Shown here: positions 9,485 to 18,381 of the stretch, in pieces
Layout: every line of letters begins with the position of its first letter
Numbering within the stretch: the stretch's first letter is position 1
NCBI RefSeq assembly: GCF_000981785.2
Contig: NZ_CP011304.1
Span: 3,900,001 to 3,932,000 of the forward strand
Origin: Microcystis aeruginosa NIES-2549
GTDB taxonomy: Bacteria; Cyanobacteriota; Cyanobacteriia; Cyanobacteriales; Microcystaceae
Reading direction: 5' to 3'
DNA length: 32,000 bases
Notes under the pieces: model-generated
The model's database searches: none
What the model was told of the DNA's origin: nothing
The model's input: the letters and a program-made list of their open reading frames with translations, nothing else
Position numbers and translations under genes: made by a program

Positions 9485-9527
9485 GTTAGGAGTTAGGAGT
9501 CGGTCGTCAGGAGATAGGAGTTAGGAG
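9485..9527 (+). repeat. degenerate heptanucleotide array (GTTAGGA-type)
   Basis: Six consecutive 7-bp units: GTTAGGA GTTAGGA GTCGGTC GTCAGGA GATAGGA GTTAGGA. Confidence 0.8.
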
Positions 9528-9544
9528 ATTATTTTATTTATTCT

Positions 9545-9582
9545 CCCCACACCCCACACCCCACACCCCACACCCCACACCC
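9545..9582 (+). repeat. heptanucleotide tandem array (CCCCACA)x5 plus a partial unit
   Basis: Direct reading. The array ends 8 bp before the stop codon of the minus-strand gene at 9591. Confidence 0.95.
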
Positions 9583-9590
9583 TTGGTTAA

Positions 9591-10172
9591 TTAACCATAA
9601 TAGGGTGGCTCATTACCCGGTTTCCATTTGATATTACAGCCTAAACTGGGTTTTTGGTCTGTCGGCACCGGTTGGCCGGTTAAAACCTTGTCAATAGCGG
9701 CCCGGAGATCTTTGCCTGTCACCGGTACGCCATTACTAGGACGACTATCATCCAATTGACCGCGATACACTAGGATGCGCTGACTATCAAAGAGGAAAAA
9801 ATCGGGAGTACAGGCTGCCGTGTAAGCTTTCGCCACTTCTTGGCTTTCGTCATAGCATAAATTGAATTTAAAGTCAAGAGTTATCGCCATTTTTTTCAAA
9901 TTTTCGGGCGAATCATCGGGATATTTCTCCACGTCATTAGAACTAATGGCTAGGATGCCCAGATTGGTGTTAGCATAATCGCGACCTAGACGGGTAAGTT
10001 CTTCTTGAATGTGTTTAACAAAGGGACAATGTTCACAGAGGAAGATGACTAACAGAGCGGTTTTAGCCGCAAAGCTGTCCAGAGAAATAGTTTCACCCGA
10101 AACCACATCGGGTAAGGCAAAACTGGGAGCTTTTGTCCCCAGATCTAACATTGTGGACTCGGTGCGTGCCAT
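9591..10172 (-). CDS. thioredoxin-fold protein, AhpC/TSA-type thiol-disulfide oxidoreductase
   Basis: 193 aa. It has a CEHCP (CxxC) redox motif within an FLCEHCPFVKH context, and the length and layout of the thioredoxin-like family. Confidence 0.78.
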   Translation of the reverse strand: MARTESTMLDLGTKAPSFALPDVVSGETISLDSFAAKTALLVIFLCEHCPFVKHIQEELTRLGRDYANTNLGILAISSNDVEKYPDDSPENLKKMAITLDFKFNLCYDESQEVAKAYTAACTPDFFLFDSQRILVYRGQLDDSRPSNGVPVTGKDLRAAIDKVLTGQPVPTDQKPSLGCNIKWKPGNEPPYYG

Positions 10173-10260
10173 AAAGTTTCTACTCTTTTGTATAGGGAGG
10201 ACTGAGATTTTTATAGCATTTCATGCTTCATCGCGCAAATTTAAGCCTTAGACACCATCA

Positions 10261-10302
10261 GTAAACAGTTAACAGTAAACTGATAACTGTTTACTGATAA
10301 CT
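10261..10302 (+). repeat. degenerate heptanucleotide array (GTAAACA/GATAACT-type)
   Basis: Six 7-bp units: GTAAACA GTTAACA GTAAACT GATAACT GTTTACT GATAACT. Confidence 0.8.
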
Positions 10303-10319
10303 GCCATAACCTACTGAAA

Positions 10320-11669
10320 CTAATTTGACCAATTTTCGATCACACGCTGACTTTGACGAGCAATAACTAAAGCGTTATCGGGGACATTTTTAGTGATAGT
10401 TGAACCGGCAGCCACGGTGACATTTTTTCCTAATTCTAGAGGAGCTACTAGAACACTATTTGCCCCAGTTTTTGTGCCACTGCCGATCAGAGTTTTGTGT
10501 TTTTTCACCCCATCGTAATTAGCAGTAATTGTTCCCGCACCCACGTTAACTTTTTCCCCTAAAGTGGCATCTCCCAGATAGGATAAATGGGCAATATTGG
10601 TTTTATTGCCGATGTCACTTTTTTTAATTTCAACAAAATTACCGACTCGACAATTAGCCCCAATTTTCGCTTCTCCACGCAAATGAGCGTAGGGACCAAT
10701 ACGACAACCAGAATCCACCTGACTATCAGAAATAACCGAAAATAAGACCGTCACATCGCTGCCTATGCGACTATTTTCGATTAAACTCCCCGGACCTATA
10801 CGACAACCAGAAGCGATTATCGTCTCACCGCGCAGATGGGTTTGGGGTTCAATAATCACATCGGCACTGAGAGTGACAGTATCCTCAATGGTGACACTAT
10901 CGGGGTCAATTATGGTGACTCCGGCGGCCATCCAATCATCTTTGACTCTAGTTTGCAGGATATCATAGGCGGCGGCCAATTGTTTGCGATCGTTAATGCC
11001 GCTAATTTCTAAACAGTCCTCCACATCCACAGCCATGACAGGATCGAGAAAATTGACCACATCCGTGAGGTAATATTCACCCTGATCGTTATTGGGCGTT
11101 AAATTAGGCAGTATCGCCGCTAATTTTGACCAATTAAAGCAGTATATACCCCCATTAACCCGGTGGTTTTGTCTTTGGCCATCGGTACAGTCTCTTTCTT
11201 CCACAATCTGCTTAACGAGATTATTGCCATCACAAAAAACTCGACCGTAACCTTTCGGGTTAGGGAGGTTAGCAGTTAAGAGGGTGGCAGCGTTACCATG
11301 GTTTTTATGAATCTGGAGAAGATTTTGCAAGGTTTCGGGACGCAACAGGGGAACATCGCCATTTAAGACCAACAAATCCCCCTGAAAGTCCTCTAAATGG
11401 GGGATTAACTGCTGAATAGCATGGCCAGTGCCTAACTGTTCCTTTTGTTCGACAAATTCGATATCCTCAAGATGCTGTAGCGTATTTCGCACCTGTTCTC
11501 CCTGATAACCGATAATCACCAGTTTTCGCCTGGGATGTAAGGATTCGCTGACATTAAGGACCCGTTCCACTAGCGATCGACTGCCGAGGGGATGTAAAAC
11601 TTTTGGAAGGCTGGACTTCATTCGGGTTCCCTTACCCGCCGCTAAAATTGCTACCGCTACCATGGTCAT
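10320..11669 (-). CDS. glmU: bifunctional UDP-N-acetylglucosamine pyrophosphorylase / glucosamine-1-phosphate N-acetyltransferase
   Basis: [18 protein letters not shown] nucleotidyltransferase motif, with a C-terminal left-handed beta-helix hexapeptide region. The ORF track starts at 11705. I prefer the in-frame ATG at 11669 ([17 protein letters not shown]), or 11663, because GlmU normally starts just before this motif. Confidence 0.9.
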   Translation of the reverse strand: MTMVAVAILAAGKGTRMKSSLPKVLHPLGSRSLVERVLNVSESLHPRRKLVIIGYQGEQVRNTLQHLEDIEFVEQKEQLGTGHAIQQLIPHLEDFQGDLLVLNGDVPLLRPETLQNLLQIHKNHGNAATLLTANLPNPKGYGRVFCDGNNLVKQIVEERDCTDGQRQNHRVNGGIYCFNWSKLAAILPNLTPNNDQGEYYLTDVVNFLDPVMAVDVEDCLEISGINDRKQLAAAYDILQTRVKDDWMAAGVTIIDPDSVTIEDTVTLSADVIIEPQTHLRGETIIASGCRIGPGSLIENSRIGSDVTVLFSVISDSQVDSGCRIGPYAHLRGEAKIGANCRVGNFVEIKKSDIGNKTNIAHLSYLGDATLGEKVNVGAGTITANYDGVKKHKTLIGSGTKTGANSVLVAPLELGKNVTVAAGSTITKNVPDNALVIARQSQRVIENWSN

Positions 11670-11854
11670 GCTTGCCAATATCGTTCGCGACTGAGTATAT
11701 CGCACTCCGATCCCTTTGGTTGCAAGAATTTTTCCCCTCTTTCATCCTGTGCCAGTTGAGAAACTACCATAAAAAGGTTTTCTTTAAGACATTGTTAAGG
11801 TACTATATACAAATTGAAACAATTGAACATAATTAGCCCTCTATAGATACCACT

Positions 11855-12022
11855 ATGACAACTGTGCTAACTAAGGAATCCTCCGCCATGAAACAGATTC
11901 GCACCACCTACCAAGCTGACCAACAGGTTAAATATCTCCATTTAGAAGCGGAAATCGAGGTACTGCTGCAACAACTGCAAAACCTCAAGCGCAAAAACCA
12001 AGAGAATCAAAACCTAAATTAA
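11855..12022 (+). CDS. possible 55-aa coiled-coil protein (below the ORF-track size cutoff)
   Basis: Hand translation from ATG 11855 gives MTTVLTKESSAMKQIRTTYQADQQVKYLHLEAEIEVLLQQLQNLKRKNQENQNLN, then TAA at 12020-12022. It fills an otherwise empty gap upstream of ycf23. No family recognised. Confidence 0.3.
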   Translation: MTTVLTKESSAMKQIRTTYQADQQVKYLHLEAEIEVLLQQLQNLKRKNQENQNLN

Positions 12023-12114
12023 AGAAAATTTCCCTAAGAATTCTCAAATCCCACCCTCTGATCAGCGAGAAGGTGGGAAAATGTTTTTTGAGAATTCCAG
12101 ATAGGTGTAGATTA

Positions 12115-12858
12115 ATGATCAATTTTGCCTTACAGCAAGCCTTCGCCCGTCGTCATGCCCTGAAAGTGATCAGTGGGTTAAATAATTTCGATCGCTCGCA
12201 GGTTCTCTCAGTAGTTAAAGCCGCTACAGCCGGAGGAGCAACTTTTGTCGATATTGCCGCTAATGCTGACCTAATTCGGGCGGTAAAAGCCTTGACAAAT
12301 TTGCCCGTCTGTGTATCAGCCGTCGAGCCAGAATTGTTGGTGATGGCAGTGGACGCGGGAGCCGATTTAATTGAGATCGGTAATTTCGATAGTTTTTATG
12401 CCCAAGGACGCATTTTTGAGGCGGCGGAAGTTTTAGCCCTCACCCGTCAAACTCGCGACCTACTGCCCGAAATTACCCTGTCTGTGACAGTTCCCCATCT
12501 CCTACCCCTCGATCAACAGGTAAGACTAGCAGAAGCTCTAGTTAGTCAGGGTGCCGATATTATTCAAACCGAAGGCGGCACTAGCAGTCAACCCCGTCAC
12601 GCCGGTATTTTGGGACTGATTGAAAAAGCCGCCCCGACTTTAGCGGCAGCCCACGCTATTTCTCATGCGGTTAAAGTTCCCGTCCTCTGCGCTTCCGGTT
12701 TATCCAGCGTTACCGCCCCTATGGCGATCGCTGCTGGAGCGGCCGGCATCGGTGTGGGTTCGGCGATCAATCAATTGGATAATGAAGTGGCCATGGTGGC
12801 AGCCGTGCGCGGTTTAGTCGAATCTCTGCAAGCACAACCGGTCCATATTGCCAACTAG
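12115..12858 (+). CDS. ycf23: Ycf23 / DUF561 family protein (TIM-barrel-like, cyanobacteria/plastid conserved)
   Basis: ALKVISGLNNFD...VVKAATAGGATFVDIAA is typical of Ycf23. The ORF-track GTG start at 12073 is less likely than the in-frame ATG at 12115 (MINFALQQAF). Confidence 0.72.
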   Translation: MINFALQQAFARRHALKVISGLNNFDRSQVLSVVKAATAGGATFVDIAANADLIRAVKALTNLPVCVSAVEPELLVMAVDAGADLIEIGNFDSFYAQGRIFEAAEVLALTRQTRDLLPEITLSVTVPHLLPLDQQVRLAEALVSQGADIIQTEGGTSSQPRHAGILGLIEKAAPTLAAAHAISHAVKVPVLCASGLSSVTAPMAIAAGAAGIGVGSAINQLDNEVAMVAAVRGLVESLQAQPVHIAN

Positions 12859-12913
12859 AACAATTTTTGTCTAGATACGACGGAGAAGGGGCCGTTTTCC
12901 CTTCTCTTTTTCC

Positions 12914-12937
12914 CACTGATTACTGCTCACTGAAAAG
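12914..12937 (+). repeat. short heptanucleotide array ending in CACTGAAAAG
   Basis: CACTGAT TACTGCT CACTGAA AAG. The same terminal motif closes the arrays at 31171-31180 and 31369-31378. Confidence 0.7.
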
Positions 12938-13006
12938 CCCCCCATCCCCATCAACTGTGGTAAAATGCGCTATGGCTCAAAACATTAGAGATAGAAGCAC
13001 TCCACC

Positions 13007-14266
13007 ATGATTCGAGATATCTTCATGCCCGCGCTCAGTTCCACCATGACCGAAGGAAAAATAGTTTCTTGGGTGAAGTCCCCCGGGGAAAAAGTCAGCA
13101 AAGGGGAAACGGTGTTAGTGGTCGAATCCGACAAAGCCGACATGGACGTGGAATCGTTTTATGATGGCTATCTCGCTGTAATTTTAGTCGAAGCTGGCCA
13201 GGAAGCACCCGTGGGGGAAGCGATCGCCTATATTGCCGAAACTGAAGAGGAAATTGAACTGGCCAAAGCTCAGGGAAAAACCGCCGCAGCCGCCCCTAGC
13301 AAGCCCGTAGAGACCCCAGAAATCGCTCCGCCTCCCGTTTCGATCCCCGTCGCCGCCGTTAAAGATAATGGCCGTTTAGTCGCCTCTCCCAGGGCCAAAA
13401 AACTGGCTAAAGAATTAAAGGTAGATATGAAAACCCTAGTGGGTAGCGGCCCCCACGGACGAATTACCGCCGAAGACGTAGAAAAAGCGACAGGAAAAGT
13501 CAGCACCGCCCCCGCTCCCGTCATTACTCCCCCGCAACCCGTCAGCGTCCCTGTAGCGGCTCCTAAAGCCCCGATTCCAACCAGCGCCCCAGTCGGACGG
13601 ACTGTTCCCCTCACCACTCTGCAAAAAGCCGTCGCTCAGAATATGTCGGTTAGCCTACAGGTTCCCACCTTCCAAGTGGGCTACACTATCACCACCGACC
13701 CACTGGATCAACTCTATCAACAGCTAAAATCCAAGGGTGTCACCATGACGGCCCTGTTAGCAAAAGCGGTAGCCAACACCCTCGCTAAACATCCGATCGT
13801 TAATGCCAGCTATAGCGACGCAGGAATCCAATACCACGGAGCGATTAACGTGTCCGTAGCCGTAGCTATGCCTGGTGGTGGCTTAATTACGCCGGTTTTG
13901 CGCTCTGCGGACCAGATGGATATCTATTCCCTCTCCCGCAGTTGGAAGGATTTAGTCGATCGCGCCCGCAGTAAACAACTGCAACCAGAAGAATACAATA
14001 GCGGTACTTTTACCATTTCTAATCTGGGAATGTTCGGAGTCGATCGCTTTACCGCTATCTTACCCCCCAACCAAGGCGCGATCCTAGCCGTGGGCGCTTC
14101 CCGTCCCCAAATCGTCGTCAATAAAGATGGTTTATTCGGAGTGCAAAAACAGATGACGGTTAATCTCACCAGTGACCACCGAGTCATCTACGGGGCCGAT
14201 GCGGCCTCCTTCCTGCAAGACTTGGCTAAACTGATCGAAACCGAGGTGCAGTCTTTAACTATGTAA
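13007..14266 (+). CDS. pdhC: dihydrolipoamide acetyltransferase, E2 component of pyruvate dehydrogenase
   Basis: Lipoyl domain with the ESDKADMDVE lipoyl-lysine motif, an Ala/Pro linker, an E3-binding domain (SPRAKKLAKELKVDMKTLVGSGPHGRITAEDV) and a catalytic DHRVIYGAD motif. Confidence 0.92.
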   Translation: MIRDIFMPALSSTMTEGKIVSWVKSPGEKVSKGETVLVVESDKADMDVESFYDGYLAVILVEAGQEAPVGEAIAYIAETEEEIELAKAQGKTAAAAPSKPVETPEIAPPPVSIPVAAVKDNGRLVASPRAKKLAKELKVDMKTLVGSGPHGRITAEDVEKATGKVSTAPAPVITPPQPVSVPVAAPKAPIPTSAPVGRTVPLTTLQKAVAQNMSVSLQVPTFQVGYTITTDPLDQLYQQLKSKGVTMTALLAKAVANTLAKHPIVNASYSDAGIQYHGAINVSVAVAMPGGGLITPVLRSADQMDIYSLSRSWKDLVDRARSKQLQPEEYNSGTFTISNLGMFGVDRFTAILPPNQGAILAVGASRPQIVVNKDGLFGVQKQMTVNLTSDHRVIYGADAASFLQDLAKLIETEVQSLTM

Positions 14267-14281
14267 TCAGAATCTAGACAG

Positions 14282-14320
14282 CAGGAGCCTAGGGAGTTTC
14301 TCTCTAGCTCCTGTTTTGTT
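14282..14320 (+). terminator. rho-independent terminator candidate after pdhC
   Basis: CAGGAGCCTAGGGAG-TTT-CTCTCTAGCTCCTG imperfect hairpin followed by TTTTGTTG, 16 nt after the stop codon. Confidence 0.6.
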
Positions 14321-14530
14321 GTTACTAAAAAAATGTAAGGAATTAGCTAAAATGGGTTTAACCCTATCTATCACCCCAAACTATCGCCCAAACAAGGCCA
14401 AAAAAAGTGTTAATCTCAGGGAACTTTAAGATCTAAGCTAATATCGGTAAATTAACCCCCGATCTCGCCCTATATATTAAGCCTACAATAATTCGTATTC
14501 CCACGACCTAACGCCTACCCATAGGAAAAA

Positions 14531-15478
14531 ATGATCACAGAGAATAGTCGCTTACGTTCAGAATTTTTAAATACACAGGTTATCACTCGCAATACAGGCA
14601 AAAAACTCGGCGTTGTTAAAGATATCCTAGTAGATATCGATCAACGAGAAGTGGTTGCCCTGGGACTCCGCGATAATATCCTCTCCCTGTCGGGAATGCC
14701 TCAATATATGTATTTATCGAGTATCAGTCAGACGGGAGACGTGGTTCTCGTTGAAGATGATAACGTCTTGGAATCCGTCGATATCGATGCTTATACTCCC
14801 TTAATCGGTAGTGACGTGATCACGGAAACCGGCGAACCTTTAGGCAAAGTCCGCGATTATCAATTTGATCCCCTTAGTGGTCAATTACATTCCATTATCA
14901 TCGCTTCCCTGGGATTGCCTCTGATCCCCGAACAATTGATCAGTACCTACGAAATTTCTATCGAAGAAGTGGTTAGCAGCGGTCCGAATCGCTTAATCGT
15001 CTTTGAAGGGGCCGAGGAACGTCTCACCCAAGTTAGTGTGGGAGTTTTGGAACGTTTGGGTATTGGTCGTCCCCCCTGGGAAAGAGAAGAGGAAGAAGCT
15101 TATTATACCCCCGCTGCTCGTCCAGAAAATCAGTTAGGTACGGGCATTCCCCTCCGCACCCCCGTGGAGGCCGCTAAACCCGTTGAAGAACGCTGGAGTG
15201 AAGACGAATGGGAAAAAGAACCCCTGCGCGCCACTCCCCCACCGCAAAAACGGGCCGAAGCTCGTTATTATGAGGAAGAATACGAGGAAGAAGAAGATAA
15301 CTGGGGAGAAGCTCGCTCAGAACGCGCAGAAAGCTTTTCTCGTCCTCAGTACGACGATTACGAAGATAAGGCCGAGGATGATATGTGGGATGATGACCTG
15401 GAACCGGATTACAATCCCCCCCGCATCAATATCACCGAGAAGAAAAAGGAAAGAATCCCCGAATACGAAGACGGTTAA
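14531..15478 (+). CDS. PRC-barrel domain protein with an acidic low-complexity C-terminal tail
   Basis: 315 aa. Two PRC-barrel-like modules (VITRNTGKKLGVVKDILVD and VITETGEPLGKVRDYQFD) followed by a Glu/Asp/Tyr-rich tail. Confidence 0.7.
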   Translation: MITENSRLRSEFLNTQVITRNTGKKLGVVKDILVDIDQREVVALGLRDNILSLSGMPQYMYLSSISQTGDVVLVEDDNVLESVDIDAYTPLIGSDVITETGEPLGKVRDYQFDPLSGQLHSIIIASLGLPLIPEQLISTYEISIEEVVSSGPNRLIVFEGAEERLTQVSVGVLERLGIGRPPWEREEEEAYYTPAARPENQLGTGIPLRTPVEAAKPVEERWSEDEWEKEPLRATPPPQKRAEARYYEEEYEEEEDNWGEARSERAESFSRPQYDDYEDKAEDDMWDDDLEPDYNPPRINITEKKKERIPEYEDG

Positions 15479-15625
15479 TCTTTGGTCATCCCCCTATCCA
15501 TTAGTTACATCTTTCTTAACATAAAATTTGACAAAAAAAGAAAAATGTGCTATGTGGACTAAGGGGGTTCTCTGGGGGGACTAAATATTTTTGGTATCAC
15601 TTCGAGTGCAGTGATTTGTCAGACT

Positions 15626-15853
15626 CTACAGATTTTCAATGAACTCTTCAACTGTGACTTGGGCTTGTTTCAGAATTCCACTTAATGTACCAACCTTCAA
15701 TTCCCGATGTAAAGGGACAACACAACCAATTTTGCCCTCTTCGGTTTCTTTCTTCATCACAACATGGCTACCTGTTTGACGAACTTGCTCGAAGCCTAAG
15801 CGTTCAAGAGATCTAATTGCCTCCCCACTAGAGATTCGTGGCAGCTTAGGCAT
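15626..15853 (-). CDS. hicA: type II toxin HicA (mRNA interferase)
   Basis: MPKLPRISSGEAIRSLERLGFEQVRQTGSHVVMKK is a canonical HicA N-terminus. I prefer the ATG at 15853 to the ORF-track ATG at 15865. It overlaps the hicB stop by 8 nt. Confidence 0.85.
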   Translation of the reverse strand: MPKLPRISSGEAIRSLERLGFEQVRQTGSHVVMKKETEEGKIGCVVPLHRELKVGTLSGILKQAQVTVEEFIENL

Positions 15854-16055
15854 AACTAACTTCAATACTGGTCACAAATCTAGGGGATGTTTCTGGTAAG
15901 GTAAATTCCTCTAGGTAAAGCCGTGTGGCTTCTTTCAATCCAGCAATCGCCTGCTCAATTGTTTCTCCTTGATCTACTGTGCCAACTTCTGGACATTCAG
16001 CAATGTACATATTATCTTCTTTGTACAAAATAACAGTAAAGATGCGATTTTTCAT
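15846..16055 (-). CDS. hicB: type II antitoxin HicB (minimal UPF0150/HicB-N fold only)
   Basis: 69 aa. FTVILYKEDNMYIAECPEVGTVDQGETIEQAIAGLKEATRLYLEE is the typical HicB N-domain. It lies directly upstream of hicA and overlaps it. Confidence 0.8.
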   Translation of the reverse strand: MKNRIFTVILYKEDNMYIAECPEVGTVDQGETIEQAIAGLKEATRLYLEEFTLPETSPRFVTSIEVSYA

Positions 16056-16479
16056 GGTGTTTTATCATCTCAGGCTTACTCTGAAAATCATAACATAACT
16101 GTTTCCTAATCGTTTGGTTAGAAAATAGTTATGTTTCCCGATCATTGACCCAACTCAAGCTTTTTGAAAAACTCTATAAGATATTAAGTTATTAGTAATT
16201 AATCTAATATTGTCCCACCTTCCTAGAATTGAGTGAGAAGATTGTGCAAAAACAGGCGTAGAGTCGATATAGAGAATGGAAAATATTAAAGCAAAATAAA
16301 GTTTTTCTATCTTGAACTTTAACTTTGATGGTCTAATTAACATCTTTTATCCTCAATTTGTCCGAAAATTCTGTCTAACGGCATGCGGATCACCGGACGG
16401 TAGTAATGTTTGTATCAATAACAACAGAGTAACGATCCGTTCCGAGTGCAGCCGCTTGTTAGGTTGGTTAGGTTGAATT

Positions 16480-17142
16480 TCACTGATCAATATTTTGTTG
16501 ATTTTTCTCTCGCTCGATTACTTTATAAATGTCAGGTGAAAAGCGTAGAGCATCGTTCTGTTTTTGGCGTTCTCGCGCGAAACGTTGCCTAGACTTTAAG
16601 GTTTCCCTCAATAGATACTTAACCCACTTATCTACATCTGCTCCAAACTGATACTCATCTAATAAAGCTTCTTCTGAGAAGCCAAGAAAAATTTGAATCA
16701 GATCAGAAGCAGTAAGCTCCAGATAACGATTGGAGTGATTTGGCTCTTCAGGCCAGTGGGGTAAGGTATCATCTCCTAAACTCATATCTTTTGCTAACTC
16801 AATAAGATCATAATAATCTGTATACCAGATATTTTCATGATCCATATCAGGAAATATTCTAGCCTTGATTGCAAGATAGTTAATCGCCTTTAACAGGCTA
16901 TCTTTTACTCTTTCTTGTTCTGATGGAGAATAATGTTCTTCAATTGCTGCCCGGAATAGTTGCCCTAATTCTTTACCTCTTTGAAAAGTTGTCTTTTTGT
17001 CTCTGTCAATTTCACTTTTTGTAAGTCTTTCCCCCTTTCCATACTCTGTCTTAGGCAACTGATCGTGCTTTCGACGAGACTCATCTAATTGAGGATTATG
17101 GGTATTGGAAGTGAATCTTTGAAATAGCTCAAATAATGACAT
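16480..17142 (-). CDS. hypothetical protein (~220 aa), charged and predicted helical, no recognisable domain
   Basis: This is the only long open frame in the interval. The ORF track starts at TTG 17151, and the first ATG is at 17142 (MSLFELFQRF). An in-frame TGA lies just upstream, so the frame does not continue into the intron junction. Confidence 0.55.
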   Translation of the reverse strand: MSLFELFQRFTSNTHNPQLDESRRKHDQLPKTEYGKGERLTKSEIDRDKKTTFQRGKELGQLFRAAIEEHYSPSEQERVKDSLLKAINYLAIKARIFPDMDHENIWYTDYYDLIELAKDMSLGDDTLPHWPEEPNHSNRYLELTASDLIQIFLGFSEEALLDEYQFGADVDKWVKYLLRETLKSRQRFARERQKQNDALRFSPDIYKVIEREKNQQNIDQ

Positions 17143-17279
17143 AGCAATCAAGTCTCAGCTTACATGGATGGTACTTACATACATATATTACTAGAACAAT
17201 AATAAAACTATCGTTGTTCTCAGATGATGTTGCTGCATTAGGGGTCGAGAAGGTCGTCACCGACCTCCCCTCCCATTCA

Positions 17280-17313
17280 GAACCGTGCGTGAGATTTTCA
17301 CCTCACACGGCTC
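17280..17313 (-). ncRNA. group II intron domain V (catalytic hairpin)
   Basis: GAGCCGUGUGAGGUGAAAAUCUCACGCACGGUUC. It has the AGC triad, a 9-bp lower helix, a 2-nt AC bulge, a 5-bp upper helix and a GAAA tetraloop, and is 34 nt long. Confidence 0.9.
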
Positions 17314-18381
17314 CTAGTTTGACTGTTCCCTTGTTAAGGATACAGCTTGACTTCTTTTGGTTAACCTTGTATTATCCTGTTTAACAGATAATGTCAAACC
17401 AGATGAATTTAGGCTTCCATCAGATGCCGATTTATCATCGTGGCAGTGGCGGTGTAGTAATTGAAGGTTTTTATATTCATCCTTTCCGCCTAAGCTTAGA
17501 GGGTGAATGTGGTCAACTTCAATTAAATCCGATGGGGTGAAATATTGCCCACATCGGCTACACTTGCCTTGTTGCTTTTTGAGTAGTTTGGCTACTCTTG
17601 TCGGTGTGTCGATTGCTTGTCCTCGTCTGGTCGCCCAGTAAGTCCAATTTCCGTCGAATGGTGAGGCGTCGGCGCGTACTAGGGTATGTCTGACAATTGG
17701 TGTCCAATTATGTTTCCATAGATAGAGACCATCTTTAGCTTGGAATAACCAAGATTCATGTCTTTCTTTCCCATTGCTGAGTTTAACTGTACCCGGTCTA
17801 AAGTAGTTTCTCAGCTTTTCGTAGTTCGCTTTACCGCATCTTGATACTGTCCATGCCCTTAACATTAACCAGATTGTGTAGCCTAGTTTATTGAAGGTAT
17901 CTGAGGATACTACTCCTGAGTAGTATTTAGCCCATCCTCTAATGATTGGGTTTAGTCTACTAATTAGGGCTGATTGAGGTGTTGTTTTGTGTTTTTTGAT
18001 TACACCTTTAATCGCTTCTGTGTGGGCTTTAACCGCCTTTTGACTGGGTTTAATGTGGGTTTTGTGACCAATTAATCGGCTTCCTTTCCCTCCTGTTTTC
18101 CCAGATTTGTACTTTCCTGTTGGATATTGTCTGATATTGAATCCTAGAAAATCAAAACCGGGTTCTTCTGTTTTCCCATTGTACTCAATGGGGTTAAGTG
18201 TATGACACACTCTGGTTTTTTCTGGTTTGAGTTCTAATCCAATTGGTTTTAACCATTCAGAAATGGCAGTTTTGCACTGTTCAATGATTTCAAGTGATGG
18301 TGAAATCACTACAAAGTCATCGGCGTATCTTATGAGAACAGCTTGAACTCTGTTACCTTTTTTTTGGGAATAATGTTTCAA
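17314..18381 (-). CDS. group II intron-encoded protein, C-terminal fragment (RT motif YADD, maturase X, HNH endonuclease); frameshifted
   Basis: Contains LIRYADDFVVI, an X/thumb region (RGWAKYY) and the HNH motif CSRCGQYF...EVDHIHPLSLGG...NLQLLHRHCH. It is separated from the N-terminal part by one extra A in an A8 run (plus-strand T8 at 18358-18365). Confidence 0.85.
   Translation of the reverse strand: MKHYSQKKGNRVQAVLIRYADDFVVISPSLEIIEQCKTAISEWLKPIGLELKPEKTRVCHTLNPIEYNGKTEEPGFDFLGFNIRQYPTGKYKSGKTGGKGSRLIGHKTHIKPSQKAVKAHTEAIKGVIKKHKTTPQSALISRLNPIIRGWAKYYSGVVSSDTFNKLGYTIWLMLRAWTVSRCGKANYEKLRNYFRPGTVKLSNGKERHESWLFQAKDGLYLWKHNWTPIVRHTLVRADASPFDGNWTYWATRRGQAIDTPTRVAKLLKKQQGKCSRCGQYFTPSDLIEVDHIHPLSLGGKDEYKNLQLLHRHCHDDKSASDGSLNSSGLTLSVKQDNTRLTKRSQAVSLTREQSN

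Noticed and set aside
15183-15524. A 113-aa plus-strand ORF overlapping the 3' end of the PRC-barrel gene.
   Set aside because: It is an alternative frame of the GAA/GAG-rich acidic tail. Its Lys/Arg-rich low-complexity translation is a frame artefact.
16155-16343. A 62-aa minus-strand ORF between the orphan ORF and hicB, possibly a small hydrophobic toxin-like peptide.
   Set aside because: The sequence is very AT-rich, so open frames arise easily. There is no obvious ribosome-binding site or family resemblance. I kept it only as a remote possibility.
16425-16439. A 12-nt identity, CAGAGTAACGAT, shared by 16425-16436 and 19884-19895, and a 9-nt CGAGTGCAG shared by 15603 and 16443, as possible element boundaries.
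   Set aside because: Exact 12-mers are expected to recur by chance many times in a 32-kb window, and the flanking similarity is weak.
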